From Psammoneis japonica (lineage: Eukaryota): a DNA stretch of 64,000 nt. Shown here piece after piece: positions 61,901 to 64,000 of this stretch; position 1 is the stretch's first letter; each line of letters opens with the position of its first letter. The stretch spans positions 248,001 through 312,000 of the forward strand of contig QPGO01000026.1 of assembly GCA_008632985.1 (NCBI GenBank). Direction: 5' to 3'. The notes beneath the pieces are model-generated. The model saw only the letters and a list, made by a program, of their open reading frames with translations. It was not told the origin of the DNA and ran no database searches. Made by a program: the position numbers and the translations under genes.

Positions 61901-62564
61901 CTACTTTTTCAACAATTCCTCAATCGTCTCCTTCATATTGTCGTAGGGCGTCTTGGAGGGAGAATAACGTTTAAAAGGTTCGCCCTCTTTGTCGACTAGA
62001 AAAATGTTGAAATTCCATCGAATGTCCGTAGTTCCGTCCTCATTGGGAAGCTTTTGCTTGAGAAAGGAAAACACGTCTCGGGTGTCGGCACCATTGACGT
62101 CACCCTTTTCAAAAAAGGTAAACTTTTCATTGGCGCCGTCAAATTGCTTGGCGAAATCCAAGATTTCCTCGTGTGTGCCCTGTGTTGTACGACGAAAACG
62201 ATTGAGTAACCCATGTTGCATCATTATCAAAAATACTATTCTCTCGACACGTATGACTCACTGGCTCTTGTCCACCAAACTGGTTGCATGGAAAGGCCAG
62301 AACCTTGAAACCGTGCGAACCATGTTCGTCCACAAGTTTCACAAGCTCGGTATAATTCGAATTCGTGAGGCCTCATTTGCTAGCCACATTGACAACACAA
62401 AGGACGGATCCCTTGAAATTCGACATGGGAATTTCCTCGCCCTTCATGTTGCGATCGACAATTTTGAAGAAATGATCAATAGCCGTTGGTTTCTCCTTTC
62501 CAAAGATTGCCTGCGTGACACCGTCTTGGGCCTTGGCAAAACTGCGTCGCAAAATATTGCTCAT
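61901..62564 (-). CDS. GPX: Selenocysteine glutathione peroxidase; intron 62261-62180; Sec UGA at 62375-62373
   Basis: [29 protein letters not shown] and IRWNF are the GPx signatures. GT-AG intron and downstream SECIS. Confidence 0.92.
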
Positions 62565-63236
62565 GTTCTTCTTGTATTTGGTGTCCGTGAGAGCTCTTCT
62601 CAAACGATTGTGGGTCCCTTGGTGCAGTGCGGACAATACTCCGATACTAATGGTGAAACGGGAGGTAGTCGGATCGGTGAAGTTCTTTCATTTCTAACAA
62701 TCGTTGGCCGCTGCGATGTGTCAGTCGGTCAAGACGAAGATAGACGGTTGTTCAGAAATGACGTCAGTGCAAAAATTTCGAAAATTCAATATCTTATTCA
62801 GTATGATAGCATGTATCAATTTTGAAATTTGAATAAAGTATTTTATGAATGGAGCTTTTGATAATATCCATAGCTTCTAAACGTTACTTTACTTAGGTAT
62901 GTACGACCGTACAGTATCAAATTCTTCGAGTGTTTTGGCGGGAAAAAATTACTTATGGCGCCTGTACAGTACAAAATTGACCCCACCATCCATTGCATTA
63001 GGGCCTACCCCCACCCCCACACACTGAAGACGACTCAAGTTTCGGACGATGAGAGAGTAAGTTGGCCCATTCGATTCAGCTCCAAGTGGAGGCGCGGCCG
63101 CAGCCTCAAAAAATACAACATTAAAAAGCATCTTTCAAAACTCGAAGTAAAAGAGAACAAGGCGAGATTGTATTGCTTGATAAGCAGGACGAATGAGCGA
63201 TTTTCTGTGCTGTATTGCAAAACTAGCATCATCCTA

Positions 63237-64000
63237 ATGCTATCCACTACCGCTCACAAACATTTCGCTTCGTCAGCACGCCAAAGAAATTCGTGCTGCT
63301 GTACAATAATTGGAATTGCCTTGGCAAGATCGGCAGCTGCAGCCCCTTTTGGATCGTACAGTTTTCCATTGCGAACTGTAAAAAGAAGAAATCCATTGGC
63401 GTTTTTGCGGAGGAACACATCATCATCATCATCATTGTCATGTTTATTTCCGACTAGTGCTTTTCAAACATCATGGTGTTGTTTACAACAACGTCGCTAC
63501 TTGGCAAAAAAGCAAAACAAGAAGCAACAGAAGAACAAGCCTTCTAAGGCAACCAGACGAGCCGCACGTCGTAAACGAGAAGCACGTGAACGCGAGTATC
63601 GCGAATACAGGAAACAAGAACAGGACCGCGTGAAGAAACTGCACCGACAAAAGAATTTACATTACGCAGCCAAAATGAAACGTGTCTTGTCGACGGCGGA
63701 CTACTGGTTTTCCGAACGAAATTTAAAAACGGACGAGTTCATGAGAGAGCAATTGTTGCTGCATGGCGGGTACATTCCCTTGACTGTGTTGTTGACCTTT
63801 CCCAAGTTTGAGCATTGGACCGACTTGCAGCTCTTGTATGATTCCTTTACCAATCCAGCAGCTGTGAAACGGTACAAGCTGAAAATTGACAAACAATTGA
63901 TGGATACTATGAAACGACAAAAAGAAGAACGAGAGGAACAAATGGCTAGAAGGCTGTACCAACTACAAGAAAGAGCCAGGGCAGAAGACGAGCGGGAGTG
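63237..64000 (+). CDS. La-motif RNA-binding protein with possible mitochondrial presequence (runs off the window)
   Basis: Open frame from ATG 63237 (not in the ORF track). DYWFSERNLKTDEFMR..GGYIPLTVLLTFPKF matches the La motif. S/R-rich N-terminus. Confidence 0.75.
   Translation, partial: MLSTTAHKHFASSARQRNSCCCTIIGIALARSAAAAPFGSYSFPLRTVKRRNPLAFLRRNTSSSSSLSCLFPTSAFQTSWCCLQQRRYLAKKQNKKQQKNKPSKATRRAARRKREAREREYREYRKQEQDRVKKLHRQKNLHYAAKMKRVLSTADYWFSERNLKTDEFMREQLLLHGGYIPLTVLLTFPKFEHWTDLQLLYDSFTNPAAVKRYKLKIDKQLMDTMKRQKEEREEQMARRLYQLQERARAEDERE

Noticed and set aside
62373..62375. GPx as a pseudogene with a premature stop
   Set aside because: The UGA is at the catalytic Sec position, the downstream frame is intact and a SECIS-like hairpin follows.

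Overview
Eukaryotic, most likely diatom, genomic window (CoDi-like Copia, Ambal-like RNase H LINEs, a frustulin-like pseudogene, short GT-AG introns, one N gap). It is a mosaic of small intact gene islands and large blocks of nested transposons. The gene islands hold a CRN-like NTPase/nuclease, an acidic repeat protein, a secreted Cys-rich protein, an ABC half-transporter, a selenocysteine glutathione peroxidase with a SECIS, and a La-motif protein. Main observation: most repeat blocks have lost almost all TpA dinucleotides through TpA->TpG and TpA->CpA transitions (A:T->G:C on both strands), which is the reverse of fungal RIP. Tyr codons became Cys/His (YVDD->HVDD), sister LTRs differ as TA/TG/CA, and a piggyBac TTAA target became TTGA/TCAA. 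The youngest insertions, a Copia with identical LTRs and a MITE, sit inside mutated DNA untouched, and host genes are also untouched. Older blocks additionally lose CpG. This suggests a repeat-directed adenine hypermutation system that I do not recognise as described. No candidate enzyme is visible in the window, and all dinucleotide statements were made by eye, not computed.
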